From Ginglymostoma cirratum (Eukaryota), in the NCBI GenBank assembly GCA_024137785.1, contig JAHRHZ010000283.1, forward strand, positions 16,097,451 to 16,161,450: a stretch of DNA of 64,000 nt. Direction: 5' to 3'. Shown here one piece after another: positions 24,501 through 37,444 of this stretch (position 1 is its first letter; each line of letters starts with the position of its first letter). The position numbers and the translations under genes are program-made. Below the pieces are notes generated by a model. It had not been told where the DNA came from and searched no databases. It was given only the letters and a program-made list of their open reading frames with translations.

Positions 24501-25962
24501 TCCACCATCTTCTTTTGCCTTTCTATTTACTTGTTTCTGGGACAATTCCTCATGTTTCTTATATTCCAAGTAGATCAGCAGTAACATGCTCCTTGCATTA
24601 TTTACAAGCAGACCGGATATTCACTCAGCACAGTTGCTTGTTTTGTTAACAAGTTTGGTTTAGAGGATGAATTGACCCTGTAAGGATCACTGAAGTTTAT
24701 TGCATTGAATGGTCTCTTCTCTACCCTAATCAACAGCCACATCTGAGTAGCCTGCAGTTAAACACAGTAATTGTTAAGACCAACACCACAACAAACATGA
24801 CATTGGTGCTTGAGATGTTATAGGGGCTGGTCTCATGATCTTTCAGGCCTGACTAAACACATTCTGTGTGCTTATCATCACTATCATAGTTATGACAAGC
24901 AACATCTCAATTGGAATAAAGGGCAGAGTGACATTTTGTGGCTTTTTTGATTCACAATATAAACCAAAACAATTAAATAAACATGTTCCAGCAACTGGGC
25001 ATCTAGAGAAGTCTTCATTATTCACAAGTGAGTTCAGAATGCCTAATTTACAAATCCTTTCGTGCATTAATTCTTACAATGTTTCATATCCGATAGACAA
25101 GCATTATAGGTTAAATGTTCTGTAAGCTACTCATCTAATGATTATAATTAGTCAATATGACCAAGTATGACCTGTGAACATTGACAATAACTCAACAAGG
25201 GAACTACATGGTTGAAAGACTGAAACATGGTCCAATGAGCAGGCTAAAAGCACCAAGGTGACCCAAGTCATTTGTGTTTGCAATCTTGTTAACAAGTTGG
25301 TTAAATTTTAACCAAGCTTGGGCATTCTGCATTCTAATGAATTCCTTTTCTTCCCCTTTTCATTGCATTTTGAAATACACGAGAGCAATTTGCCAGCCCA
25401 GATTCTATAACTTGATCAACCATCAGCACAACCGGTCACCCAGTGTGTCTGTAAACCAGTAACAAGTATTTCTTTAGTTTATCACTGAATACCAGCGTTA
25501 CACCTTTCTTATGAAATTAATAACATTGTAAATGATACTTTACAAAAACATATGTACACTCAAATCTTGAGCTCCTGTAATCTCCCAACATCATTGTTTT
25601 AATGTTAAGCCTTGTGAAAATGCTTGTAAGATTTTTTGAAATCTTATTTAATACTCAAGTTATATTTTGTGTCAAAATAAAGCATGAATTTCTAAAAGCC
25701 TGTTAATGCTGATTAAAGTGACTGAAGAAATGCGGTGCAACAGACAACCAAGTACACTCTAAGCCCAGGTCAAGGCAGCTTGCTATGAAATGTCATTAAT
25801 GGTTTTCTTCAAAACAACTTCAATACATATCTGTGTATATATTTACTGATGACTTACAAGCAAATTAAACAGCCCAACAAAATGGTTGCTATAATCTGGT
25901 GACTGGACATAGCAATAATCTTCCAGAGGCTTCTCAGAAGCCTAAAGCAGTCATACACTCAC

Positions 25963-26023
25963 CATCTTATGTAATGTACTGATGGGACTGGAATGCTAAT
26001 GAGCCATCGAGACAAAGGGAACC
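25963..26023 (-). other. Candidate 61-nt exon
   Basis: GTTTTCCTTAG|GG...AGATG|GTGAGT; one open frame, FPLSRWLISIPVPSVHYIR. Confidence 0.25.
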
Positions 26024-26062
26024 CTAAGGAAAACTCCAGTACAGTAGAACTGCAGGTTACAA

Positions 26063-26157
26063 TCCACAGATGCTGCCAAACCTGCTGAGCTTTTCTAGCA
26101 ATTTCTGTTTTTGTTTCTGATTTCCAACATCCACAGTTGTTTTGGTTTTTATTTTGC
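26063..26157 (+). mobile_element. Penelope-derived short unit, 3' part
   Basis: TCCACAGATGCTGCCAAACCTGCTGAGCTTTTCTAGC... is the reverse complement of about 61950-62041. Confidence 0.75.
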
Positions 26158-26459
26158 AAGTTAAACCTACTTTAAAAGATGTGTTAATGACTTTTCATTT
26201 AACATCTGAGATGGGACCATAACAGTTCATCTTCTGTAATGCAAAACTTTGTCTTGATGGTCGCATTCAAGGAAGCTTGGTTGCATGTCTCCGACAGGAT
26301 TGAACCCAAATGTTTTTTTGACCACAGAGGTTTGAAACAGCAGATAGTTACAGGATCAACTCTATTCCATGCAAAAATTACTCATGATAACAAAACCTCT
26401 GACTCTGGGCTATAAAGGAAATGTCTCTCACCTGCAAAATGTAGCCAACATTCTGTGAT

Positions 26460-26625
26460 TAGAGTCATAGAGTTGTACAGCACAGAAACAGACCAGTCGA
26501 TCCAACTTTTCCATGCGAACCAGATACCGTAAATTAATCTAGTCCCATTTACCAGCATTTGGGCATATCCCTCTAAATCCTTCCTAATCATGTACCCATA
26601 CAGATGCCTTTTAGATGTTGTATTG
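26460..26625 (-). mobile_element. CR1 3' tail
   Basis: AGAGTCATAGAGTTGTACAGCACAGAAACAGACC...GGCATATCCCTCTAAATCC. Confidence 0.75.
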
Positions 26626-27649
26626 TGCTCTCTAAGTTCTTAACTTTTGTTCAGCAAAAACAGTGACACAGGAGTTCAATTTCAGCAAAACAAAATCCAA
26701 AGACCACCCTCAAATAATTTTGTAAAGAGAAAAAAAAGCTGCCTACAACTTCTCAACTGCAGGCAAGCACTCCTACTAAAGAACTGTAGACTGCTAATTC
26801 CAGTTTTTGGACTTTTAGACCCCATTTTAAAAGCAAGGACAATGATAAACTGATGCCCCTTAGTTATTCTTCTATTTAAGTTGTTGGTAATTGAATAATA
26901 TCCTTATCTTTCTGATTTGATGTCTCCTTCTATGTTTGCAAATGTGTCCGTGCTGAGCAGTATTCATTTACATCTAAGAGTGTGTACAAGACCCTCCTTC
27001 TAATTTAACAGTGTTGTTGCAATGATTCTAAAATTAGGGTCCACACACAGAGGGAGTACAGAAGTTACGTTCCCACTGTACTTTTTTTAAACAAGAGAAA
27101 AGTTGAATCACTGTCTACATCTGGTGAGGACAGACAAAGACATTTGCTGTAAAACTCACAACTTATCCATAGCAACAGCTTCAGTGTTGTACTTCAACTT
27201 AAAAATCTAAGGATTTGGCCATGACTTCTTTTTCTCAATATATCTGTGCAACGTCGCCTTGAAAGGTGTGTAAAGCCTCAAGCGTCAAATGAATAGCAAA
27301 ATTGGTTCATCTTTTGCTATTCTTCAACCCTGTCTACTCCTTTCAGTCTTAAAGACAGTGACTGCACAATCTCATAGGGAGATTGAAGCTAGCTCCGACG
27401 CTGAGCAACTCTTTGTGAGCTCTCTACAGCTCTCATGTTTCTTCTAACTGTTCCACACTTTTAAACCTGATTTCTAAGAATCTTGCTTTGTGCACTTCCT
27501 ATGCAGCCATAACCTTGTATGCCTCGCTCTAAGCACCCTATGATCTAATTGTCCTAGTTTGTTATGATCTGCCTGTACTGCTCGCAAAACAAAGCTCTTC
27601 ATTGTACTTAGGTACATGTGACTACAGTGAATCAAACAAACAAACAAAC

Positions 27650-27788
27650 AAAAACTGAAAGAACTGGGGATGCTGGAAATCAAAAACAAAAACAGAAATT
27701 GCTGGAAAAGCTCAAATAGGTCTGGCAACATCTGTGGAGAGAAATCAGAGTTAATGGTTCAGATCTAGGGACGCTTACTCAGAACTGC
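27650..27788 (-). mobile_element. Penelope-derived ~140-bp unit with a degenerate hammerhead
   Basis: Collinear with 61950-62092 and ends at ...TCAGAACTG; preceded by a different LINE-like tail ending in (CAAA)n. Confidence 0.8.
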
Positions 27789-28202
27789 TCATGAGTGAGC
27801 CTAGGTTACTGAAGCTGACACACTTTGCCCCACTGAAAAGGCAAGTCCTAATCTGTGCTCCCACAACATCTCCACATGTACATTGCTCAGCAGTGGTTGC
27901 AAGACAGAGATCAAGAGAAGGAACCCTGCTCATTTTTCTTCTCTCCTCCCAGAAACATTTGAGTAAGTTGTTAAATTACCACTGCCACCTCAGTCAAGAT
28001 CAATTCACTCAGACATTAGACCAAATCCGGGCCTATTTATTTGTCCGGTGAAGCTTCAATCTTTGAATTTGATTCCCAATTAAACTGGCCAAGGCACCCA
28101 CACACAAAAGCTCAAAGAGGTTTCTGTCTTTCATCCCTGGATTTGGTCACACTCTGTTCTTCAGGTAAAAAGCAAGGATGAAGTATTGATCTGCCTTTTC
28201 AG

Positions 28203-28419
28203 ATTCAATTTCAACCTTGCCAGATTGAATCCACTGCCCCAAATTCTCGTTCACTGCTTTGTGCTCACTTTGTACGCTGTTACCGATTTGTCAGATCCAA
28301 CATGCATGCTGCAGCGAACAGGACTGCTTCTGATGACGTGTTCCTTCAAGTGGTGCATTGTAATTTTGAAAAGAATAACTTGCAGTACAGTTCAAATCCA
28401 ACAAGTTGCCACCCACCAG
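28203..28419 (+). other. Candidate 217-nt exon on the plus strand
   Basis: CTGCCTTTTCAG|...CACCAG|GTAAGA; two frames are open and no family is recognised. Confidence 0.2.
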
Positions 28420-29419
28420 GTAAGAACCCTGCTAATCTGCCCGAATTTCTTCTGCCTTTTCAAGCAATTCTTTCAGCTCCAATTCATTCAGATACAGAAA
28501 TAACAGCTCCGACATTGTGAAGGCTCAGGTTTAGAAGAGACTACAAAGTTCTATGGTGGTACACTTCAAATTGGAACTTCATTGTGTTAGGATGTAGGCC
28601 TGCAGCTGTGGGGGTGATTAGCTCCCTCTCTGGGCAGAGTGAGGAATGTTCTGGAAAAGGCCATTAAGTGGGTGAGTCATCTCCAGAGAGGTACTTGCCC
28701 CCTTCTTGCCGAAATGGCAATTACATTCTGGGCATGAATTAACTTATTGACCCCATCACTAATTTAAGGCCTTACGTCATCAATTAACAACCAATTCGAG
28801 CCCTCAAGTTCAGGCCCTCAAGTTGCCAATGGCTTTATCACCTACATTCACAGCAGGGAAGAGCAACGGCCTGCCTGCTAGGTTTGAGGGTAGGGGGCCC
28901 TCCATTTGCTCCAGTCTGGGGCATTCAGGAACAGGAATGGAGGCCTGGCCCACTGACCACCCACTCACTCTCCTGTGGCCTCCATCGCACGGGCACCTGT
29001 AAAAAGACACAAACTGCTCACCAGCGCAGTTCCTTATTCGCTGCTGGCCTCTGATTGGCTGGCCATCTCAGGCAGTGTCAACAATCTTGATTGGACAAGC
29101 AGCTCGCTGGTCAGCAGTCGGGTATCTAATTGTAGCTAGCTCCAGCAGGCTTTCTCACGGATGGAAGTAAGGAGCTAACAGGCCCTGATAATCGCCCATC
29201 CCAACATTTTGTGTATGGAACACAGGTCATAGGAATGGAGGCCACAGGCCATTCTCTCCAAAATAGATTTTAAACTCACTACACTATCCTGCTGAGGAAG
29301 TACTGAACTGGGAAGAGATTTCGTGTCATAGGGAGAAGACACAGATCAAATTGGGCATTCATAATCATGTTCAATTCATTGGTCAATTTATACCACAATT
29401 TTGTACGTTTATGGGAGAG

Positions 29420-30140
29420 ACTGCGGTGTAATGATTATGTCACTGGGCTAGTAATCTAAATCCCCAAGCTAACGTTCCGAGGTCAGGGTTTTGAATCCAA
29501 TATGACTGGTAGTGAAATTGGAACTGAATAAAAAAGCTAGCTTAATTTTGACCGTAAAATCAAAGTCAAAGTCAATTGTTATAAAAACCCATCTGGTTCA
29601 CTAATGTCCTTAAGTAAAGGAAATCCTTCATCCTTACCATTTTTTTCCCTTTAATCATTCACAGGATAAGGGCATCACTGGCTAAGCCAGCATTTATTTC
29701 CCATCCCTAATTGCCCAAAGGGCAGTTATGAGTCAACCACATTGCTGTGGGTCTGGAGTCACATGTAAGCCAGACCAGATAAGGGTGGCAGTTTCCTTCC
29801 CCATTAGTGAACCAGATGGGATTTCCCAACAATCGGCAATGGATTCATGGTCATCATTAGACTCTTAATTCCAGATATTTATTGAATTCAAATTCCACCA
29901 GCTGCTGTGGCAGGATTTGAACCCAGGTCCCCAGAGCATTACCTGGGTCTCTGCATTAACAGTCCAACAATAATACCACTAGGTCATTGCCTCCCCCAAA
30001 TAGACCTGAACTGGTCTATATTTGATTCCACGTTCACAGCAACATGGTTGACTCTTAACTGGCCCTCTGGGCAATTAGGGATTGGCAATAAATGCTGGTC
30101 TAGCCAGTGACACCGAATCACACAAATGAATTTTAAAAAA
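29420..30140 (+). mobile_element. tRNA-headed SINE interrupted by an opposite-strand copy of the same family
   Basis: The head GTCACTGGGCTAGTAATC...GGGTTTTGAATCC runs to ~29639 and resumes ~30002, ending in the tail GGGCAATTAGGGATTGGCAATAAATGCTGG. Confidence 0.8.
29640..30000 (-). mobile_element. tRNA-headed SINE, full-length younger copy
   Basis: Reverse complement has B-box GGGTTCAAATCC, body GGAATTTGAATTCAATAAA and tail GGGCAATTAGGGATGGG...GCTGGCTTAGCCAGTGATGCCC with an A-rich end. Confidence 0.85.
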
Positions 30141-30679
30141 TTGTGAATTTGAGTAGCAGCACAGACGAATAAATAACAAATTCACTAATACAATGTAAAT
30201 GCTGCCAAATGTTGGAAATCAAAAGCAGCAAATATGGGAGGTGTGGGTAAACAGTACAAATCTATTAATAACTGATACAAAATGCTGCTATATATAAAAC
30301 AAATCAGTACAACTTGAAATTATATTGCACCTTTTACTGGGACACTGTCTCAGGCATTTTGTAGGAGTATTTTCAAAGAAAATTTGACACTTTGCTACAT
30401 AAACAGATGTTACAGTAGATAGCAAAAAGAAATGGTCACAAGGAGCATTTAAAAGGAGGAGAGAGAGCTGGCGATGTTATGAATGTTTAGGAAGCCTCAA
30501 GGCCAGAATTGGAAGAACACGGGGGTTGAAGGGCTGCAAGGCTGAAAGACATGGCAGATGCAATGATGGGGCTGGGGTGGGGGGGTGAATTTTACAAACT
30601 TCCATGATGGAATGTGAGCATCGGTAGCAAGGCAAGCATTTTTGGTCAAAACCTAATTCCCTTTGCACTGAGTGTCTTA

Positions 30680-30870
30680 GACCATAGATCAGTACAGCAT
30701 AAGAACAGGTGCTTCAGCCCACCATGTCTGTGCCGACCATGATGTCATTCTAAACTAATCCAATTTGGCTGCACACGGTCTGTATCCCTCTCCTCCCTGC
30801 CTGTTTACGTATCTGTCTTAATGCCTCTTAAATGTTCTGTCATATCTGCTTCGACCGCCTCCCCTCACAC
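30680..30870 (-). mobile_element. CR1 3' tail
   Basis: CATAGATCAGTACAGCATAAGAACAGG...TCAGCCCACCATGTCTGTGCCGACC. Confidence 0.7.
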
Positions 30871-30894
30871 AAACATTTTTGACAGTTGTTAAGT

Positions 30895-31130
30895 GCTAAC
30901 ATTGTTGTGAGTCTCGAGTCACATGTAAGCCAGATTTAGAAAGGATGACTGATTTCATTTCTGAACAGAATTACGGATGAGTCTGGAAGACTGTTGTCAA
31001 GGTTATTTTATATTCCAAATTTGTGAACTGATTTTACATTCCGCAATGGGATTTGAACATGTCCTCAGAACATGACCTTGGGTCTCAGGATTACTAGTCC
31101 AGTGATCTCCCCATTACACCACTGTTTCCT
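30895..31130 (-). mobile_element. tRNA-headed SINE (29.6 kb family), old copy
   Basis: GAGTCACATGTAAGCCAGA...GGATTTGAAC...GGATTACTAGTCCAGTGA. Confidence 0.65.
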
Positions 31131-31399
31131 CTAGAGAACACGGAGATGAGATTTTAAATTTGGGGTTTTCTGGACCTGGCCTCAATGTAGGTCAATGAGT
31201 TCAAAGGCAGTGACTGAATGGTGTTACACTTTAAAAATCACCATCCAAGAAATGACACAACTAGAATGCCAACTCTACATACTGGCAAGCTTTTACTTAG
31301 AGAAGCACATATGATAAATGTGTGTCATTAAATTCAATCCACACAGTGGCCATCTGTTCCTATTAATAGGGGCACAAGTGAATCCCCAGCTCATCAACT

Positions 31400-31850
31400 G
31401 ACTTCATTGAAATGTTCAATTGATATGCAAATAGCAAAGGGGACTTGTTACCAGTGATGACATCAGCAACAAATGTTTAGCTGAGCTAAGGTTTAGACAA
31501 AGATAGAGGATGGGATGCCAGCCAGGAGTGCGATATAATATCTGCATAGGGAGGGAACAACACCAAGGATAACGGTTTCAGCGGCAAATAGAACAAACTG
31601 AATTAGTTTTATTGTCACAAATGAGGTGAAGGCAGGCAATATTACCAAGGTGAGAGCAGGAAGTCTTGCTGCTGACCAAAATATGGGGTTGGAAGCTCAG
31701 GTCAACTAGGGCTGCAAATTGTCTGGTTGAGCTTGAGACACGGGTTAGTGTCAAGGAAGGGAGATGGAGTTGATGGATAGGAAGCAAAGATTGTGGCATG
31801 GCCTGGGCACGATGGCACCCGATATGAGGGGATCAGCTCATATTCTTATA
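31400..31850 (-). mobile_element. L2 RT fragment
   Basis: CATCAGCAAC on the plus strand (ADD-like codons on minus) and HLGNIACL, resembling L2 FHLRNIARL. Confidence 0.5.
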
Positions 31851-32752
31851 GCGGAGTGAAAATATATAACTTACCACTTCATCATGTCTGTCCACATCTC
31901 ACATATTCAGTGGAACATTTCCCTCTTGAGAAAGGGGCAGGAAAGGTGGTGAGAGGGGGCAAATGATTGGGTGAGGGACATACCTGCAGTCATTCCACCA
32001 CCATTCGAAATAAGCTCTGCACAACAAAGTCCAAGCTTCTGTATCATTGACAATTGAGACCCCAAAGTCCACGGTAGTGTCCACTTAAAGACCACTTCCC
32101 ACGATTGCCATGATTAACTCAGCAATCTTCCTAATTGGTAACACAGAGTACTTTGCCTTCCAGGATGTGGTGAAGGGAGGGGAGGGAGCCCGCTCTGGGC
32201 CAATCAGGAATGATCAGGGGTTAGCTAGTGAAAGACACACCCTCCAACTCACCTGAACCTCCTCTGCTCATTAGCTCCAATTCCATGATTCTCTCCCTCC
32301 GTCCCCCCGCCTGCATGTTCCACTGTAAAGTGACTGACCTCAACCACTGCCCTTGCCTTTGACATTGTTCACAGCATTTTATTGTGTGGCAACCTCCATC
32401 AAGGTGAAATATTATTGTCCCAGGAAATGATGTTCCAAAGAGCCCAGTGAGGGACCACTTAAGAGTTTGACAGGCATCAGACCCAGTGGGCTTTTCAGCT
32501 CAAAGTGGTGAGGTTGTCCTGCATTATCACACTCACTGCCACAACTGGAAAAATAGTCAGGAAAATTCCAGCCATTAACTTTGCCAATGAAATAAATGTA
32601 TGAATTTAGTCCTCCTCCTATGTTACTCGAATCATCCATTGGCAATGTATCAGAAAAGTCCAGTACAAACCTCCCCACATCTCCCCACACCAACACATCG
32701 TGAAAATTTTCTGGCCTGGCTTATTCAGTATTGCTATCAGTGGCAGATCTAA

Positions 32753-32851
32753 GAGTTTTCCAAAGAAGGGTCCAGACCCAAAACGTCAGCTTTCCTGCTC
32801 CTCTGATGCTGCTTGGCCTGCTGTGTTCATCCAGCTCTACACTTTGTTATC
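32753..32851 (+). mobile_element. Penelope-derived short insert with TSD
   Basis: AAGAAGGGTCCAGACCCAAAACGTCAGC (mutated hammerhead), flanked by TCAGTGGCAGATCTAA (32737-32752) and TCAGTGTTAGATCTAA (32852-32867). Confidence 0.8.
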
Positions 32852-32894
32852 TCAGTGTTAGATCTAATCTATGTAGCTACGCACAGGAATACTG

Positions 32895-33003
32895 AGGAGC
32901 GGTGGTAGCATCCCTACCTCTGAGTCATGAGGTCTGGGTTCAAGTCCCACCTTCGTCCAGAGCTATGTAATATCATTTCTGAACAGGTTGATTAGAAAAT
33001 ATC
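32895..33003 (+). mobile_element. Short tRNA-derived SINE
   Basis: GGTGGTAGCATCCCTACCTCTGAG...GGGTTCAAGTCCCACC...CTGAACAGGTTGATTAGAAAAT. Confidence 0.8.
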
Positions 33004-33027
33004 TAAAATCATTGACTCTCTCTGTGG

Positions 33028-33157
33028 AAAAAGGAACTGTGGATGCTGGAAATTTGAAACAAAAGCATAAATTGGTGTAAAATCTCAGCAGGTCTGGCAG
33101 CATCTGTGGAGAGAAATCAGCGTTAATGTTTCAGGTCCAGTGACAATTCTTCAGAAT
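33028..33157 (-). mobile_element. Penelope-derived ~130-bp unit
   Basis: Collinear with 61950-62092 and ends TTCTTCAGAAT. Confidence 0.75.
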
Positions 33158-34084
33158 GAATTGCTACTGTACACTACTACCATTCCTACTACTGATAAAT
33201 AATTACCCCTTTAACTGTTAATTGCTACTAATCAAACTCTTTTTAAAAGAAAGCAAATATTTTAAAACAAGTGCCACATGCGTTTAGGTAGTAAATTGTT
33301 AGCGATTTAAAAAATAAAATTTTACATTTTTTAGTTTGGCACTGTCACATTTTTCCTTTCTGTTACTCTAATTGTGATTTTCTCTCATTATTTCTCTTTC
33401 AGCACCTGATTCACCCACCTTCTTAATCATTTCCTAGTTTATTTTGTCTATCATTGAATCTCATGAAAGGTGACACACTTTTGATCCCACTGCTCACTAA
33501 GATGCCTCCGCCAGGAAACTTTGGCCCATCACCTTTTCTTGATTAGATACTATGGTGAGTAAAATTGACCAGTTACAAAGTCTCCAGAGTCTAATCAGTA
33601 GCAATGTCCATTGCTGTTCTTGCCAGCAGATACACATCATTTTTCAATTGTTTCCCTGCCCACGTCAACTGAGACAAAAGCAACTATCATTTTCTCTTTC
33701 TCACTTTGACATGAAACGTCTGCCAAGGGATTTCATTGCCCACACTACCAGATTATCATTTTTCTCTTTTCCTAACAGAAGTATCCATCAGCCCTTTGCG
33801 GTTTTGCTTTCTCACAGTAGACTAGAACATGATGTAATTCTCTGAATAAGCTCACAATCGATTTGACTCAAACCTTATCCTTATCCCTTCCCATGCATAC
33901 TTTGACATTTCACATGGTGTACGCTGATGATAAACATTCTGAGCACCATAAAATAACACCATTAAAATGCTGAACAGCGGTTAAGCTTTGAAGTCATCAC
34001 TGGTTATCACACACTTAATAAACAATAATCAAATTGACCATGTCACAACTGCTTGTACCAACTAAGTTTAAAATGTAAGATGAC

Positions 34085-35350
34085 AAACTTGAGCTTCTGC
34101 TTTACGGAAGGGCATCAGGTTTCTTTACTTGGTCTGGCTCATATGTGAATGATTTTCACACGTCCTCTGGAGGGGCCTAACAACCAACTCGGTTGTACTA
34201 AACTGATAGATGGAACATTAAAGACAATACAGGTTGAACCCCTCAGCATGGATCTGGGCATTGGAAATGCGAAAGGCAACACCAAACTGAATTAACCTTG
34301 CAATGTTCTCCTCAGTAACGTCTGGGGACGTGTCAAAATTGTGAGAACTCACCCATAGTCTGGTCAGCTCAGCCTGGCTTCATCTTGGTCACGTGGACAT
34401 AACCTTCACTCAAAATCCCAAAACTTCTCTATCAATATCCTGGATATTAGTCTAATCCATCTTTACTGATGCAATCCTTAGCTGATTAGTCCTCGCGGGA
34501 TGGTTAAGCTTCCATGAGGTTTGGGACTCTGTTTTATCCTGCTCTGCTGAAAAATTACTTCCTTAGACTATACTGCCTTCGCTCATAGTGTGCTGTCAAC
34601 ATCTCCGTCTTACCTAACAGTGGCTATCGTTGGACTCTCAGAAGCTCCTGCAAACTCGTAATTACACAGAATTACACACAATCCCCAGCTCTGCAATACT
34701 GCTGTCTCAAACAGGAAACTCCATCCTCATTTCTCACAGTCTCGATAACAAGTAACAGCTGATGTCAGCATTACATCATGAACATACATCATTAATATAT
34801 GCATTTCCTTTATACTTTGAATCTATCCTTTACCAGAAACAGGACATACCCAGAGGTGATAGTACCATTGAATGCAGTCAAGAAAGGGACAGTTTGATTA
34901 TCACTTACATCTTCCCTCAGCTGGCAAATCAGTAATTCTCCATTGTGAAGAAGCACTGAAGGGAACAAGGGCAGAGAATACAATATGAGCGAGTGGCTTT
35001 AATGTGGCTCACTAACACCACAAATTGTCTGTTTCCTGAAGAACACAGGTGTCAGACTGATCTGCAGCAGGTAGTGAACAAAACAACCCAGAGGAAAATC
35101 CAATTTGACTATGTTGAAACCAATTTGCCTGTCATGGCTACATGTCTTTGCATTATTGGTAGGAGTGATCACGACATAGTTCTTGTGGAAACAGAGTCCT
35201 GACTTCTTACTCAGGGCATTCTCTGGTTTCTGCCACTAGAATTGTGTTAAATGGATAGATTCATAACAGATCTTGTAGCTCAAAACTGGACGTCCATGAG
35301 GTGACATGAGCCATCAGCAGCAGCTGAAAGTGTATTCCACCACAATGTGG
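34085..35350 (+). mobile_element. Fragments of the 5' region and APE region of the CR1-like LINE family at 49.2 kb
   Basis: 34085-34450 and 34920-35350 align by eye with 49230-49630 and 49850-50240 (QQVVNKTTQ..., GRSDHDIVLVET). Confidence 0.6.
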
Positions 35351-35715
35351 ATTTGTTAAGGTTGACCATAGTTGGTAGTTGGGTTCAAGCCTCCATGTTT
35401 CTGCTGATGAACCTTGCATCATGTCTACGATCTATGCAAACTAGCAATGGCAAAAGACATTTGCATTAGTGGTCAGAAAAATGATGTTATGTGGCATACC
35501 AAAAGAAGAAAATATACAGCAACATCTCTACTTACGGTATGCTTGTTCATGGTTAACAGTTGTGTAACCTATTATTGTGGAGGGTTCGGCAGGGATGTGG
35601 GTGAAGGAACCACCTAAGAAATCACTCTGTGTTACCAAGATTAATGGTAGAAATTTATTTAATTAGATAATTACACCTGAATGTTGTAAGATTGTATGGT
35701 CAGTGTGGAGAAATT

Positions 35716-36048
35716 ATAGAATCCCGACACTGTGGAAGCAGGTCATTGAGTCCAAACCCCTGAACAGCATCCCACCCAGATCCACTCAATCCCTGTAACC
35801 CTATATATCCCATGGCTAATCCACCTAACCTACACATTCCTGGACACTCTGGCCAATCTATCATGGCCAATCCACCCAACCTGCACATCTTTGGACTATG
35901 AGGGGAAACCGGAGCATCTGGAGGAAACCCACGCAGACACTGGTAGAATATACAAACTCCACACAGACAGTCAACCAAGGCTGGAACTGATCCTGAGTCC
36001 TTGGCGTTGTGAGGCAGCAGTGCTAACCACTGAGCCACCATACCACCG
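35716..36048 (-). mobile_element. HE1-type V-SINE
   Basis: GAGGCAGCAGTGCTAACCACTGAGCCACC head and GGAGGAAACCCACGCAGACAC V-domain. Confidence 0.92.
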
Positions 36049-36743
36049 ACAATAAACGGTCAACGTTTCACAAAGGAGATTGAGTGGTGTCATGCTTTAG
36101 CATGCTATCTCTTTCTTAAAGCCTTTGCAAGATCTGTTTCCTTCAGTTATGGCTTATGAAATGAACTTTCTTTCTCCATTGTCACTTATGAGAGCAAAGG
36201 TGAGATTAATTTAGGCAGCATGAAGCCAGATCCTAGTCAGTGTGAGTTTCTTGCACAGAAAAGAACTCAGTCTACAATTTGGCACTAAACTAACAGCAAT
36301 GCAGAAATGGAAGAACTGCACTGTTCCAGCATGGAGTGTTATGCAACGTTGTTAAGGTGCAATGCCAGTCCAGAAAAGAGGAAACATAATTTTGTCCTAC
36401 TGGCCCATATTAAACCAAACTATAAACAAAGACTTCAACGGATGTAAAAATAGATTGGAAGACAGAAGAAAAGTTACCTCATTTTTGGAAATTCCAAATT
36501 CATGAAAGTCACTCTGTAAATACAGGTCTTTTTTAAAAAAATTAGTTGCATTCGAATTTGTGATAACCACAAACTCAATTAATTTTCAGAGGATTTAGGA
36601 GACTATTTAACTCTCCTATTGGAAAATAAGTCTAACCACTTTGAAGGAAACATTTAACTTTTAGCATGTACATCTTTCTTTTCTGTTTTATATTGTCTGG
36701 ACACTCGTCCGCTTATTGAACACATGCATTTTTAAGATCATAC

Positions 36744-36952
36744 TTTCAAAGATGATTTTGGAAAATCTCCAACATTCATCCTTCTCGGCTTGTGAATGAT
36801 ACAATGATGAGGAACTGAGCAGAAGTTAGCGGAGAAAGCTTTGTTGAAGACAACATAACGATAAATTGGCTGAGGTGTATAATGGGTAGCCAAAATCCCA
36901 TCCACCTGTCTTCTGTCCAAAGTGAAAATTACCACCAGAGAGAATACAGCGG
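36744..36952 (-). other. Candidate 209-nt coding exon (phase 1 to 0)
   Basis: CCTTCCAATTTTTAG|CC GCT GTA...TTG AAA|GTATGA; open frame AVFSLVVIFTLDRRQVDGILATHY...KSSLK in non-repetitive sequence. Confidence 0.3.
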
Positions 36953-37444
36953 CTAAAAATTGGAAGGCTGGTAGAACAAAGAGAGGCAGATCTAAACAAA
37001 AAGGTTCAAGTCATTAATATAATAAATCCTTTAATGTGTACACAGAGAACTAGACAGTTTGCTGAGACTGCTGAGCAAGAATGTCAGCTTCTCAAAACTG
37101 TTCCTGCATTAAGAAGAGTATCAACAGTAGAACTCAAGACAAAATGCAACTTGCAGAGCAAAAGCAGCATGGAAAATAAACAGGTTAGACATTCAGCAAC
37201 TCAAATGGGAGACCTGTGTTTCCCTTCAAGTGATAGTTTTGCACAATATTGCTTTCCAGTAAGACAGATGGCATCTATGTTGGCTAATTCACAATTAAGA
37301 GTATTGAGTTTGACTACTGTATAATTGTTATAAAGGCAAATGTGGTAGTCGCTCTACGCATAGCATGATTCTAATGATGACACTGGGAGAATCATTAATA
37401 TTTCAAGCAAATGTGTTTTTTTTTTGTCATTGTTAGCTAAGAAT

